From Camelus ferus (lineage: Eukaryota): a DNA stretch of 64,000 bases. Shown here in pieces: positions 25,333 through 38,221 of this stretch (position 1 is its first letter; each line of letters opens with the position of its first letter). The position numbers and the translations under genes are program-made. Under the pieces are notes generated by a model. The model was not told the origin of the DNA. It made no database searches and saw only the letters and a list, made by a program, of their open reading frames with translations. Where the stretch lies: positions 108,936,001 through 109,000,000 of the forward strand of contig NC_045697.1 of assembly GCF_009834535.1 (NCBI RefSeq), given 5' to 3'.

Positions 25333-26055
25333 GTCTACCCTTTGTCAGCTTACCAGCACTTAATACACATCTCTTTAAACCACACTTGATCTCCAAATCA
25401 AGAGAATAAAGTCGTACTTCCACCTAACATGATACAACTATATCCTGTGTATTATTAAACATACACTAACCCTTTCCCCAGAAGAAGATACGAAGTCCTT
25501 GAGTGAGGGTCACTTTTTCCCTTTATCTTCTGAACCTTAAATACGATGATATAAAGTTAACAGTAGTTAAATACTATGATATAAAGTTAGTTGATGTATC
25601 TTATATGATAAGGTGATAAGGAAAGAAAACAAAGATATTCACTTATACACATACAGACATTCATGACAAAGTAAGGAAGCAATGCTTATGAGAATTATAG
25701 TCCTCATTTCTACGAATGGTCACATGGTTGTAACTTCTTCCATTACCCATTCCATGTTGCATTTGCCCTCAGGTAGCACCTCAGCCTGTGACGGTTCTTT
25801 GCCTGGTTGGGCAACCCAAACCTTCATTCCTGAAAGGTCCAGGCCATTAGTAGTCCTTCCTGAAATGGATTGTTGTAGTTTTCCATTGACATTAGTCACA
25901 GGGCATGGTAGTGCTAAGAGACGCCCTAAAGGATCGCCTGTATTCCAGGCATACCTTCCTTACCACCATTGTGGAGTAGCTGTCCAGTTTCCCCTCAGTA
26001 ATCAGGATCAACCACACCTGCCAGAGTCACTCCCTTCTTTGCCTTTTGGTTCTTT
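25333..26055 (-). mobile_element. ERV-L internal fragment (polypurine tract, end of pol/dUTPase region)
   Basis: Minus strand: gacaaagggtagac abuts the LTR start. Translation AGVVDPDY*GETGQLLHNGG...WNTGDPLGRLLALPCPV...NGKLQQ...GMKVWV. Confidence 0.85.
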
Positions 26056-29013
26056 CTGAGGGAAAGCTTACAGAGTACAGTAGTGAAGAGCTGGTGTCCC
26101 CTTCCTTCCACCTGGTGCCATAGTAACTGAGATTCCTGGAAAATGCATGGCCCAGGGCCTGGCACATAGCAGCACTGAATAAATTGTGATGGTTATGATA
26201 GCTGTTGTTGAGATTGTGGCCTTTGGGGGCTGAGGAAGATTTTAAAGATGAGGTTAATTTCTTCATTTTCTAGAGGAACAACCAGTATCCAAACATAAAA
26301 ATGTCAAATCTCCTGAAGGGGATAGGAAATAATCCTTTAATAAATGCTTCTCATCTCTCAGAACTTTATACAGGTTATCTCATTACACGTCCTACAGGCT
26401 TATAAGGGAATTATCTTCATTTTATTAGTAAGGAAATTGAGACCCAAAGAATTTGAGTTATTCATGAAAGACACAAATCCAGCCAGTGGCAGAATGAAGA
26501 TATGAATTCCCAAAAGGACTGAATTCCCAAACTAGACTTTTGCCATTTTATCACGTGCCTTCTAACTCCTAGTTCTGTTATACCACAGTATCTCATTAAA
26601 TTATATTTTCTCAGTTTAGAGGGTAACACCTACATTGAGGTTAGGAAAGTTTCCACAATCCATATTACTGTCTTAGTACTTGTGATTCTAGTTTTTTATT
26701 GCTCTGTGTATTTGTTTAAAATAACTCATCTGTTACTATTTAGGTAGTAATACGTTATTAAAACGTGATGTTTTAGATCCAATCAGATGCTTCTATTATT
26801 TGGTCCTAATGTAGAAATTGAATGGAAAGTGGTGGTCATTTACATCTAGTAAATGTTGTAAATAATGTAAGAGGAAAAAATTCAAATATTGTGAAACTTC
26901 ATTCTCTAAGTACAAAGCAAGTAGATTTTTAGATCAAGGGATTATTTTCTTCTTCAGTGACAGATAGGAACTGCAGCCCTGTTCTTGATGTGTGTACCCT
27001 TTGACTATTACAGTGATGTGTAAAATACCCCGTCCAGTTGAGAATGCTGAAATCACTTATCAACTAAATGAAGTTTAGGAGTCATGCTTTATTTTATTTT
27101 CATTGCCAAGAAAGCATATTTAATTATTTATGTGTGTGTTTATAATGCATGTACATGTCTCTTAATTATTTTATATCTTTTACTACCATGTCTCTTGTAC
27201 CTTACTTTAAAAAAGCTTTTTTATTCTATCCAGTTAAGGTTTCAAATAACACAGTAAAATCTTAAGGTTTATACATATTTTCTTCACAGGGTGGGATTTA
27301 CGTTCATGAAACAAGTATCCGTTTACTCCTCCTGTCTGCTTTGAATTTAAGCCTGTTTTCCTTCTCTGTAAATATAGAATTCCAAATTCTGCTACATAAC
27401 ATTTCAGTCTACTGTGATTTCACCTTACTACACTCTAGTTTTTTTGTTTATTTGTTGTTAGTAAAAGCAAAGCTTCCTAGGTTGTATAGCTCTCCCTGTG
27501 GCTAAATTAGAACTCATGGCATTTTCAAAGTTAGTAATGTGGAATTGTGGATATTGAGAACTTTTAGAAATGAACAGTGTTACCAGGGGTATGATGCAAT
27601 GATACATACTTTATGATACAGTGAGTAGTAAAGGTTTTTGTTTTTAATAATTATGATATTTATATCCAATTCAGTGTTTATAGTTTTATTCCTCTTATTT
27701 GGTAATTTTTTTTATTTTGCTTTTTACCTCTTAATGAATATCGAAGACAGTAAGAATAGTTATAATATGTTGTGTGAATTTTTTCTAAAATTTGTAAAAA
27801 ATATTTTCTCTTGTATTCTGTTTGTAGTAACATTTATTTAGTCTTCTGTATTGTAACTTAGCTTGCAAAAATGGTGCCAAAAAACTTCAGCTATTCTGCC
27901 TTTCATTTTAGTTTTTACATACATTTATTGATAGTTGTTTTATATAATCCTTATCTGCCAATATTTGCAAAACTACAGTTTTGAAGACTGAGTTCAAAAC
28001 TTACATGAGTTAAGAGTTACATAGACCTCTCTTAAATGGGAAATGCTTTTAGAATAATAAAGATAATTTTATTTTCCTGCTATTTATTAATGATTGAATA
28101 TTCTATCTAGAAATTTAATTATAGCTATAGCACTAACATGAAATTTGCATCTGCTAAGATTCTAGTTAATTTAATATTACATTATTGCATTATTGTTTTC
28201 AGCTGAAATTTTTAAAAGTATTATATAATAAACTCAGAATTCTCAACTTAAATGATATATCTTACAATAAGATATGAGCAGTTTTTTAATTTGGTCAGAT
28301 GTGTTCCTGATAACCTGTTAATTAACCAAACTTAGACTAGAAAGCTTTCATTGCTGAAAATTTAGAGTTAGTCCCTGCCATCCATATGTGAAGGAGTCAC
28401 GTGTAATCTTTGCTAAGCCAAGACTCAGTTTGTTCAGAGAATGAACTAAAACTGGTGTTGAGTGATCTTTCCTGAGCTGTTTGTCTAGATGGATCTGAGC
28501 TTGGGAGTCAACTGGTCACTAAGTTTACAAAGAAATGTGTATTGTTAATATTTATACTTTGAGGAGATTCAGTCAAAACATAAAATTTGCAGTCAATTTT
28601 ATGTCTGAAAGTTTTAGCCGATTGTTACCTAATTTGGTTGTGAAAGTTAAAGTTTCTCTGATTAATAATCTGCTATATTTTTCTTCTTCGCAGCTGTGCT
28701 TACAGTATAATAGAAACAAAACGTAGAAATGAAAATATTCTTTCTAGTACAAAGTAGTTTAACTTTTTAAGATTATTTGATTTTAGCTATGCATCTGAGC
28801 TGATGATAATTTTGGTTTATTAGACTTTTTCTGTACTTGTATGGCTAGTTGGGATTTAGATTCCTATTTATTTATTTAAACATTGAAAGAAAAAACTTCT
28901 GTAGCTAGATTTCTAAATCAGGTATTTTCCCAGTAGGGATATGTTTGAGGTTTTTTTTAGTCACATTTACTCATTTATAACTGGATAAGTTAAGGTGACT
29001 TCTTTTGTTTTAG

Positions 29014-29171
29014 GAAGAATTTGGCTATAACGCAGATACCCAGAAGCTTCTGGCTAAAAATGGAGAGACTCTTCTAGGAGCCATTAATTTTTTCATCGCC
29101 AGTGTGAACACTTTGGTGAATAAAACAATAGAAGATACTTTAATGACTGTGAAACAGTATGAAAGTGCCAG
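29014..29171 (+). CDS. ARFIP1: Arfaptin-1 coding exon (158 nt), BAR domain
   Basis: Acceptor ttgttttag| and donor |gtaggt. Translates [52 protein letters not shown](R). Not present in the supplied ORF track on this strand. Confidence 0.97.
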
Positions 29172-29854
29172 GTAGGTATAGATTTTTACTATATTATCTG
29201 TTTTACAAATGGTTTTACATTGCAAACAAGAGGCCGATATGGACAGAAAAATAATGTATTAGAAGGTTATAGGATAGCCCACAGAGCTAACAGAAAGGCA
29301 GAAGAAGAGATTCTAGAAATAGGCAAGAACCAAAGCCAAGATAATGTTTCAGAAGAATCGAATTAGGATCCTGATGCCAGGTACCTCTGGTACTTGATGC
29401 TACTACAGCTCCCATAAATAATAATTTCCAAAAGGCTCCTGCATACTTTCCTTCATTTCCTTGAGAGTATCTGGTTGAGCTTGGTCATGTACCCAAACCC
29501 TGCCCGCTAGAGAATAAGGAGATGGAAGAGCTCCCAGCTCCAGCTTCCTTGGAAGAAGACGGCCTTGTGTTCTACCAGGCAGGTACCAGATGCCCTCTCC
29601 AATCTGCCCTAAACCTACCTTGTCAACCTCATTACTGCTGCTTCCCAATGGAAGCACTTATGCTGCTTCCGCAACAGCCAGACTCCAAGTTTCAGTTTCT
29701 CTTGAATGTGCAACTCATTTCTGCCTCCTCTGTATATGCCCTAATGCTTTCTATACGTATCCTTAACCTGTACTTTTACAAGTAAAAGTTCAAACCACTT
29801 GGAAAGTTAACTTTTGTTTTTAATTGTCTTACAATTTTTTGGTGGTAGTTGTTC

Positions 29855-29904
29855 AAAACATTTCTGTACCTTATAAACAAAAACATTTCTGTACCTTATA
29901 AACA
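29855..29904. repeat. Perfect 25-bp tandem duplication
   Basis: aaaacatttctgtaccttataaaca occurs twice in tandem. Confidence 0.95.
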
Positions 29905-29993
29905 CACAGTTCCAATTCAAGGAAGAAAGTTATTACTGTGTTCTCTCTATAGTTTGTCTTTTTGCGCACACCCTCTCTAATCCCCTGAAAATG

Positions 29994-31914
29994 TTTTTTC
30001 TTTCTATTGAACCATAGTTGATTTACAGTATTGTGCTAGTTTCAGGTATACAGCAAAGTGATTCAGTTATACATATATATTCCTTTTCAGATTCTTTTCC
30101 ATTATAGGTTATTAGAAGATATTGAATATAATTCCCTGTGCTATAATAATAAATCTTTGTTGTTTATCTATTTTATATATATCGGTGTGTATTTGTTAAT
30201 GTTATACCCCTAATTTATCCCTCCCCCCACATCCCCATTTGGTAACTGTAAGTTTGTTTTCTATGTCTGTGACTCTGTTTCTTTTTTGTAGATAAGTTTA
30301 TTTGTATTATTTTTTAGATTCCACACATAAATGATATCGTGTAGTATTTGTCGTTCTCTATTTGACTTAACTTCACTTGTGTAATAATCTCTAAGTCCAT
30401 CCATGTTACTGCAGATAGCAATATCTCATTCTTTTTTGTGGCTGAGTAATATTCCGTTATGTATTTGTCTACATATACACACCACATGTTCTTTATCCAT
30501 TCATCTGTTGGTGGACACTTAGGTTGCTTCCATGACTTGGCTATTATAAATAGTGCTGCTGTGAACATTGAGGTGCATGTATCTTTTCCAATTAAAGTTT
30601 TCATGTTTTCCAGATAAATGCCCAGAAATTAGATTGCTGGGTCTTGGTAACTCTATTTTTAGTTTTTTTAAGGAACTTCCATACTGTTCTCCATAGTGAC
30701 TGCACCAGTTTACATTCCCACCAACAGAGTAGCAGGATTCCCTTTTCTCCACACCCTCTCCAGCATTTATTATTTGTAGACTTTTTGATGATGGCCATTC
30801 TGACAATTGTGAGGTAACACCTCATTGTAGTTTTGATTTGCATTTCTCCAATAATTATCAATGTTAAGTATCTTTTCATGTATCTGTTGGCCATCTCCAT
30901 GTCTTCTTTGGAGAAATGTATGTTTAGATCTTTTGCCCATTTTTGATTGGATTGTTTTTTTGTTTTTGTTTTTGTTTTTCTGATATTGAGTTGTATGAGC
31001 TGTTTGTATATTTTGGAAATTAATCCCTAGTCGGTTACATCATTTGCAAATATTTCCTCCCATTCTGTGTGTTGTCTGTTTGTTTTGTTTATGGTTTTCT
31101 TTGCTGTGCAAAAGCTTATAAATTTAATTAGGTCCCATTTGTTTATTTTTACTTTTATTTCTTTTGCATTGGGAGACTGAGCTAAGAAAATACTGCTACG
31201 ATTTATGTAGAATATTTTGCCTGTTTTCTTTTTCAGGAGTTTTATCATGTCATGTCTTATATTTAAATCTTTAAACCATTTTGAGTTTATTTTTGTGTGT
31301 GTTGTGAGGGAGTGCTGTAATGTAAGAGCCACAGCTCTTAAGTGCAGCTGTCCAGTTTTCCTGACATCACTTGCTAAAGCAACTGTCTTTCTCCATTGTA
31401 TATTCATGCCTCCTTTGTTGAAGATTAATTGACCGTAGGTGTGTGGCTTTATTTCTGGGCTCTGTTCTGTTCCATCGATCCATATGTCTGTTTTTGTGCC
31501 AACCCCATGCTGTTTTGGTTACTGTAGCTTTGCAGTATTGTCTAAAGTCTGGGACGGCTATCCCTCCAGCTTTGTGTTTTTTTTTCCCCTCAGGATTGTT
31601 TTGGCAATTCTGGGTCTTTTGCGATTCAATATAAATTTTAGGATTTCGTCTTCTAGTTCTGTGGAAAATGTCATTGGTAATTTGATAGGGATCACATTAA
31701 ATCTGCAAATTGCTTTGGGTAATATTGCCATTTTAACAACAGTAATTCTTCTAGTCCAAGAGCATGAGATATCTTTCAATTTCTTTGAATCACCTTCAGC
31801 TTCCTTTATCAGTGTTTTATAGTTCTCAGTAGATAGGTCTTTGATCTCCTTGGTTAGGTTTGTTCCTAGGTATTTTATTTATTTTTAATGCAATTTTAAG
31901 GGATTGCTTTTTTA
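29994..31914 (-). mobile_element. 5'-truncated L1 (~1.9 kb; ORF2 C-terminus plus 3' UTR)
   Basis: Minus-strand ORF fragments [69 protein letters not shown] are L1 ORF2 pieces with frameshifts. T-rich tail at 29994-30004. Confidence 0.95.
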
Positions 31915-34199
31915 TGGAAAGTTAACTTTTGATTTCTGCACAAGAAGAGATGTTTCTGTCCTATGCTGTGTTTATAATTTTCTGTTTAGTATCATTAACA
32001 TATGAGATTCTTGGTGACTTGGAAAGGAAGGTCAAGACAAATAGCTGTGGTTGTCTGGTAGGAGATATGGAGCTTGTACCTTATTTAGGTTTTGGACTCG
32101 GTTTTTAACTTTTCTTTATTGTTGGAAGTGTTTACTAACATAATATTAAAATCAGAAGTTGGCAAAAAAGAAACAGAAGAAATCTATCAATATCGTTTCC
32201 TTCAATAACTTTGAAGCAATCTCTCAATAAGATATACTTCAGTAGGAATTCAGTAACATTCCCAGTAATTGGTTCTCCAGTCTTTATTTAAATCCTTCCA
32301 TGGGCATTGCCTATATTTTTCAAAGGATTTATTATGTATATTTTTCATTTCTATAAACTTTATTTGGTTCTTTTCCAAATTTGTTTATTCCTTATTCATA
32401 ATATCCTAATTTGTTCATAATGAATACTTTCTTTGATCTCTCTAATCATTTTAAGCATTTGTATTTTCTAGTCTTTAAGATTATTTTAATATTTGTGTCT
32501 TTGAAGATGAAACTTCTTTTGTTCCAAAAGTATCTCCTACCACTTCCCAGTTAAGAACTGTGTGAATCTAGTTTTTGTCTCTCTACTTTGTCCACTTATT
32601 TTAGCAACTGAAATATATTTCAGCTTAGTATATTTTAAAATATAAAATATATTTCATTTGAAGCATATAATGTCTTTCTCTTCAGCCTTCATTTCTTACA
32701 CGCTTTTAAAAATATTAACCCATGTTAAAGAAGGGCAAATATATTAGATGTGACTGTTCATACACAAAACATTGTATATTTAATCTGCAAAGGAGAAAAG
32801 TAAGCCTCTAGAGGTTAAATGGTTTGCTCACTAGGAACCAGTTTTAAAGCCAAAATGAAAACCCATGGGCCCCCTATGTTCTGCTTTTGATCGTTAGGCC
32901 TCAAGCTTGAACTAGACTAATCTCAGATTTTCACATCGAATTATAAAAATAATTTTCACATATTGCAGTGAGGAATCACTCAATGTACAATGTGATACAA
33001 AATCTCAATTTATCCAATATAATTGATCTGTTTGAAACTTTTGAACAAAATTATAAACCAGTCTATATGTACTCAGTAGCTGGTTGTCAGGAAACTTTTA
33101 GACAACTGTGTGTACTTTAAAATCCAACAATAATAACCAACCTCACCCCATAATTTATTCTGTTTTATTGAAATTACAGTTATGATTTTATTGAGCTTAG
33201 CTTGGTGATTGAATTTTCTGTGCTGTTTATGAAGTAGCTGAGACATGGACTAGTTGTAACTGTAAAACATTGCCCACTGAGGGATGACATTCAAAAAAAT
33301 CCCAGATTAAGGTTTCTCAGTAGCTGATTTTTTTTCTGTCAAAACCAGAATTTATTGACTTTTAGGGCAAGGGTTGGCTATTTGATCAGCCCAGAAAGTG
33401 GCGATTTAGGCAAATGTCCGGGTGGCCTTTTAATGCTCCCTATTATGCATTGTACAAGTATTTCCTTGCCCTCTGGTGCTTTGTGTATAGAAAATCGTAA
33501 AACAGCCCATTCAGCACTTCTCCAGAGTGGCACCAACAAGGGAGTCGGTTGTGGTTAAAACTTTTCAGATGTGGACACCTGTTCTCTTGAGGTTTTATAT
33601 AAGCCGTAAAGTAACCAACTATCACTAACTTTATTGATATGGACTCAGTTCAGACTGACAACCCTGAAGTGAAGGGTTGTATTTTGAAAACTTAATATAC
33701 TTCTCTTTCCGGTGGTAATGAGCCCTATTAGATAAGCTCTTATGGAAAGTTTTACTTTAACACCATCTACAAAGTAGATGTAAAAATTAAGGGATATAAG
33801 GACAGTATTATAACTTTGACTGTGTTTAATCACTGTTATTTAAAAGTATGCCCTGAGGCTATTGAAGGATATTCGTCTTCACGTTAAATGACTACACATT
33901 ACTGTTCATTTTTGCTCTAATTTTTTTCATTTCTTATTGCTTTTAGTATGTTTGCTTCTGGCCATCCCTCTTCTAATTTGGCCAAAATAATAAGCACCCC
34001 AAAGATATTAGTTATTAGCAGGTATCCTATGTACTTTATATATTTTTGTGTGTGTGGAGATTATTATTCCTATTTATAGGTGAAAAACTAAGCAGAAAGA
34101 GGGAAAATAACTAGCTCAAGACATTCAAGCCAGTGAAGGGCAGAGTGGTCATGCAATTTAGCCATAGAGCCAGTGGAAGTTAACTAGTTATTACTGTGT

Positions 34200-34960
34200 C
34201 AGTCTTGCCTCCAAAATCTTTAGTAACCGTCTCCTCCTCCTTAGCTCTACTATCATTGTCCTGATTCAGTGACTCATTTCTCTTTTGCTCGAAGTCTTCT
34301 AATTGGTTTCCTTGCTTCTAATTTCATAATCTACTCCAGTCTGTCTTCCATGCTTTATATTACCCCTGGAGTGATCTTTCTACCCTGAGCAAATAGAACA
34401 TGTCACTTTCTACATCAGAGTTCTCGGACGGCTTTCCCTCAAGTGTCCTACTGGATTAAATCTGATCCCTTGTAGCATGGCCTGTCAGGCCCTGCTTAAT
34501 CTCAGTCCTGCCTTCCTGTCTGATTTTAATTCCTTGTCTTGTTCCAACTTCAAGTTTTAAATTACTGAATTACTTCCCAAATGTGTCATGGTATCTTACA
34601 AATCTATCTCTGCCTGGAATGGTCTACCAATTTCCCTGTCCTGATCCACCTCATAATCTCTTATCATCCTTTAAATTTTAATTGTTTTCAATTCTATTCT
34701 GGGATGCCTTTTCAGACACCTGATTTAGTCATTCTTCCTCTTGATTCCCGCTGTTCCTTATCTGCCCTCCCCGTGGCAGTGTCCATTATCCCCTTTGTTG
34801 TGGTTGCCTACAGTCTCACCCTCTAGACAGTAAGCTTCTCAAAGATGAGCTGTGAAGATGAGCAGATAAAGCTTTAGTTTCTTGCACAGTGCCTGAAACA
34901 TAGAAAGTGCTCACTTAATATTTGCTGAATGAATCATTGTATCAGTGAATGAATGAATGA
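34200..34960 (+). mobile_element. L2 3' region
   Basis: Pyrimidine-rich L2 text ending ctagacagtaagctt...cacagtgcctgaaacatagaaagtgctc...tttgctgaatgaat. Confidence 0.7.
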
Positions 34961-35451
34961 TAAGATTTTGGCCCTGAAAGGTCAAGTTTATTAAATTCAG
35001 TACCAGGTAAGACTAGACTAGGCTCGGTGTGAGGGACTGATGTATTCTTTATCAGGTCAAATATACAATATTTATGCCACTTATTAATTCCCAGAATAGG
35101 AGACATGAATTGTACTATAGATATTTCAATAAAGAGCTTTAGTTTTAGAGCATAAACTTTGTGATGCTGATTTTGACTAAATTAGAGGTCACTTTGCCTC
35201 TTAGTTGAGTACTTGAATAGTTGACACTGCTGGATAAGTCACTAATAAGTAGCATTATACTTACACAAGTGCTGTGACAGAGGTTTTATGAGGTGCTGTG
35301 GGACCACGGATGATGGTGCTGGGGTAACTTTCAGTTAGTGGTGGGAGAATGTTAGGAAGCGGCATCTCAGGGAACACAAGGTGACAAGTGCTGTATAATA
35401 GATGCCATTGTCATATTCTAAATACTAATGTTACGGAAATCCATCTGGAGG

Positions 35452-35780
35452 TGTACAGTCCCATACAGTAGCCACTAGGCACGTGTGTCTGTTGCGCACT
35501 TGAAGTGGGGTCAGCCTGAATTGAGGTGTGATGGAAGCATAAAGTCCGCAGTGGATTTCAAAGACTCAGTACCTCTCCCCTCCAGCCCTGGCAAAAGTAA
35601 AAGGATTCATTAATAGTTTTTTACATTGATTACATGTTGCGGTGATAATATTTTGGATACAGTGAGTACCATAAAATATGCTGTTTAAACAGGTGAAATT
35701 AGTTTTTATTATTTTAATATGACTGCTAGAAAATTTAAGTTGCACATGTGGCTTACATTTTCTAGTGTGCATTGCTGGCC
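35452..35780. mobile_element. MER33-like hAT-Charlie fossil
   Basis: gtagccactaggcacgtg...ggatttcaaagactcagtac...attgattacatgttg...gctagaaaatttaa...acatgtggct. Confidence 0.75.
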
Positions 35781-36240
35781 TAGACTGGACTTTAAGGAGC
35801 ACTGGCCCTCAGTTAACTCCCTTTTAACAGTTAAAGTATGTTCTTCTAAAGTCTGCTGTCCTCACCTGCTTTTTGCCTTATCAGTATTAACCAGTTCTCA
35901 CGGGGAATTAATCACTACCCTTGATCTTGCTAGCATTAGGTTTAACATCTTTTTTTTTTAACTGGTTTTTAAATTTTAGAAATTTTTCTTGTCAATTTAT
36001 ACTGTATTTGGAGAGGAACTATTAATAAGATTAAGAAGCAGCTTCCCCCTGCCCGCCCCCATGCTTATATTAATAGCTCTTTGTATTAAATACATGGTTT
36101 TAAAAGCATAATGTGTAAAATATGTATGAGAATTATCATATAGTAGTGTATAATATGGGACTATTATGTCATTCCCCTCACCTCCTGGACATGTTTCACA
36201 CTGGTTTTGTAGTTTGCTTCACTTGTTCTCTTCTTTCCAG

Positions 36241-36415
36241 AATTGAATATGATGCATATCGCACCGATTTGGAAGAGCTGAATCTTGGACCACGTGATGC
36301 AAACACTCTGCCAAAGATAGAGCAATCACAACATCTGTTCCAAGCACATAAGGAAAAATACGATAAAATGCGCAATGATGTTTCTGTCAAGTTGAAATTT
36401 CTAGAAGAAAATAAG
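36241..36415 (+). CDS. ARFIP1: Arfaptin-1 coding exon (175 nt), BAR domain
   Basis: Acceptor ttctttccag| and donor |gtaaat. Translates (R)[58 protein letters not shown]. Confidence 0.97.
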
Positions 36416-36526
36416 GTAAATTTACTCTTCACCTTTTGAGATCTTTCTGTGGACTTTAAAATAAAATCACCCTAAAGAGAGATAAATAGAAAGCTTTTTT
36501 GTTACTGTTAACTGTTTTTCGTTATA

Positions 36527-36679
36527 GAGTTGACCCTTGAACAATTCAGAGGTTAGGGGCACTGACCCTCCATGTAGTCGAAAATCCGCATGTAACTTAC
36601 AGTCCGTCCTCCGAATCTAGGGTTCCTGTCTGGGATTCAACCAACCGCAGATCATGCAGTACTGTAGTATTTACTATTG
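36527..36679. mobile_element. MER8/Tigger2-type fragment
   Basis: agttgacccttgaacaa...ggttaggggcactgaccc...gtcgaaaatccgc...gattcaaccaaccgcagatc. Confidence 0.75.
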
Positions 36680-38019
36680 TTCTTCACTTCTCACCTGGTG
36701 GAACTCTGTCTCCCTGATCTGTTCTGTGTAGAAATGCTCTTCGCTCACTGGGAAGAGGTGTGTGACATTGCTAGGCTCTTCCTTTTCTTGTGCCCAGGAG
36801 AAGTTCTCCTAGGTCCTGGGAACATCAAAATCAGTATTTGAGCTCTGGGAATTGGACTGCAAAAACTGATATAGGGCCTGTCTAAATCTAGGGTCATTAC
36901 TGCCTGAAGTAGCCCCGTGTTGTATCTGGAAGTCAGCTGTAGTTCCAGTGTGGACAGGAAGGAGGAACAGAGGTGACAGGAAGAAGAGGAATTGTGTCCT
37001 CTCTTCTCTACCCTAACTTGGCCAACTTGACCTTTGTTGTCCTCTGCTGTGCTCTAGAGTTGAGCAGTGTAGTCAGATAGATAGGCAAGTTGGACTATGT
37101 ATTTTGCAAAAATATCCTGAATTAAGAATATGAAAACCTAGGTTCCACACCCACTTCTACCACCTGCTAGCTTTTTGGGCTTGGACAAGATGCAGAGTCC
37201 CCAAACTTTTGTATTTTCCTCCGAAAATTGAGGATAAATCATACCTTGTGGTGAGCACATGAATAAAATACAGTGTCTTCTGTACCATGTCCTGTTCACA
37301 AATCTTTGTGGGGTTCCTACTGTGAGCCCGGCACTTGCTGAGTGAAGGGATGAAGGAGAAGGAAGACAAAGTTCATGGTCTTAACGGAGTTACAAAAACC
37401 CGAAATGGTGGTATTTTCTAGAAGTCATCATCTTCACACCTTCTCCTGGTGGCTTTCAACCTAACCAGTGTCCCTACTGCTTTGTGTCTATTTTGCTGGT
37501 ACAAACAGAAATCAGCATTAGAAAGATGGAACAGAAGACATGAACTGTATTTGTTTGATATGTTAAATCATATAATTTGGCTTTACAGAATCAGTACTGT
37601 CTCGGTGGTAAGGATGATGAATTGTCTGAGGTACATTCAGCAGTCTGCCTGGCCAGCTCTCCTACCTAAAATAACTTAACCTAGTTGCTGAAGACATACG
37701 TTGATCATTTGACAGTGGAAATAGTTTTTTTGGCCATAATATTTCAGGCTTAAAATTCACAATCATTTCTTACTCCTTTGTCATTGTTCAGGATAACTTT
37801 TTATGTTCCTTCTAGTGATCCCTTGTCTAACATTGTATTATTTATTTTCATAGGTTGAGAAGTAAATTATACTATTTTAATATCTGTAGTATCCTCTGGT
37901 CATAGCAATAAGCAAATAGCTATTACGCAGACATATATTAAGCCTCTGCTGTTTCAGGTACACCGGTGGTGGTACTGAGGCATTAGCACGTGCTGGATGG
38001 CTAAAGCCTCCCTGTCCAG

Positions 38020-38221
38020 GAGAGCTGTCTACAGTAATGGGGCTACTCTGTAGCCACATTTCCCTGCTGGCAGCCACTAGCCGAGCGTGGCTTTGGTCAC
38101 CTGAAAAGTTGCTAGTGCAGTGAACCTTTATTTTATCTTGAAATTTAAATAAATTTAAAGTTATTTTAATTAAAATTTAAGTAGCCACATGTGGCTAATG
38201 GCTATCGTATTGGACAGCACA
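38020..38221. mobile_element. MER3-like hAT-Charlie fossil
   Basis: gcagccactagcc...aatttaagtagccacatgtggctaatggctatcgtattggacagcac. Confidence 0.75.

Noticed and set aside
25682..26059. 125-aa plus-strand ORF
   Set aside because: Antisense shadow of the ERV-L internal fragment.
31323..31340. 7-bp hairpin (taagagc/gctctta) in a stretch that seems to depart from the L1 consensus
   Set aside because: Possibly a small template-switch scar, but too short to support.
30314..31779. Cluster of minus-strand ORFs with RT-associated C-terminal motifs
   Set aside because: These are frameshifted pieces of L1 ORF2 in a 5'-truncated copy, not a functional retroelement or host gene.
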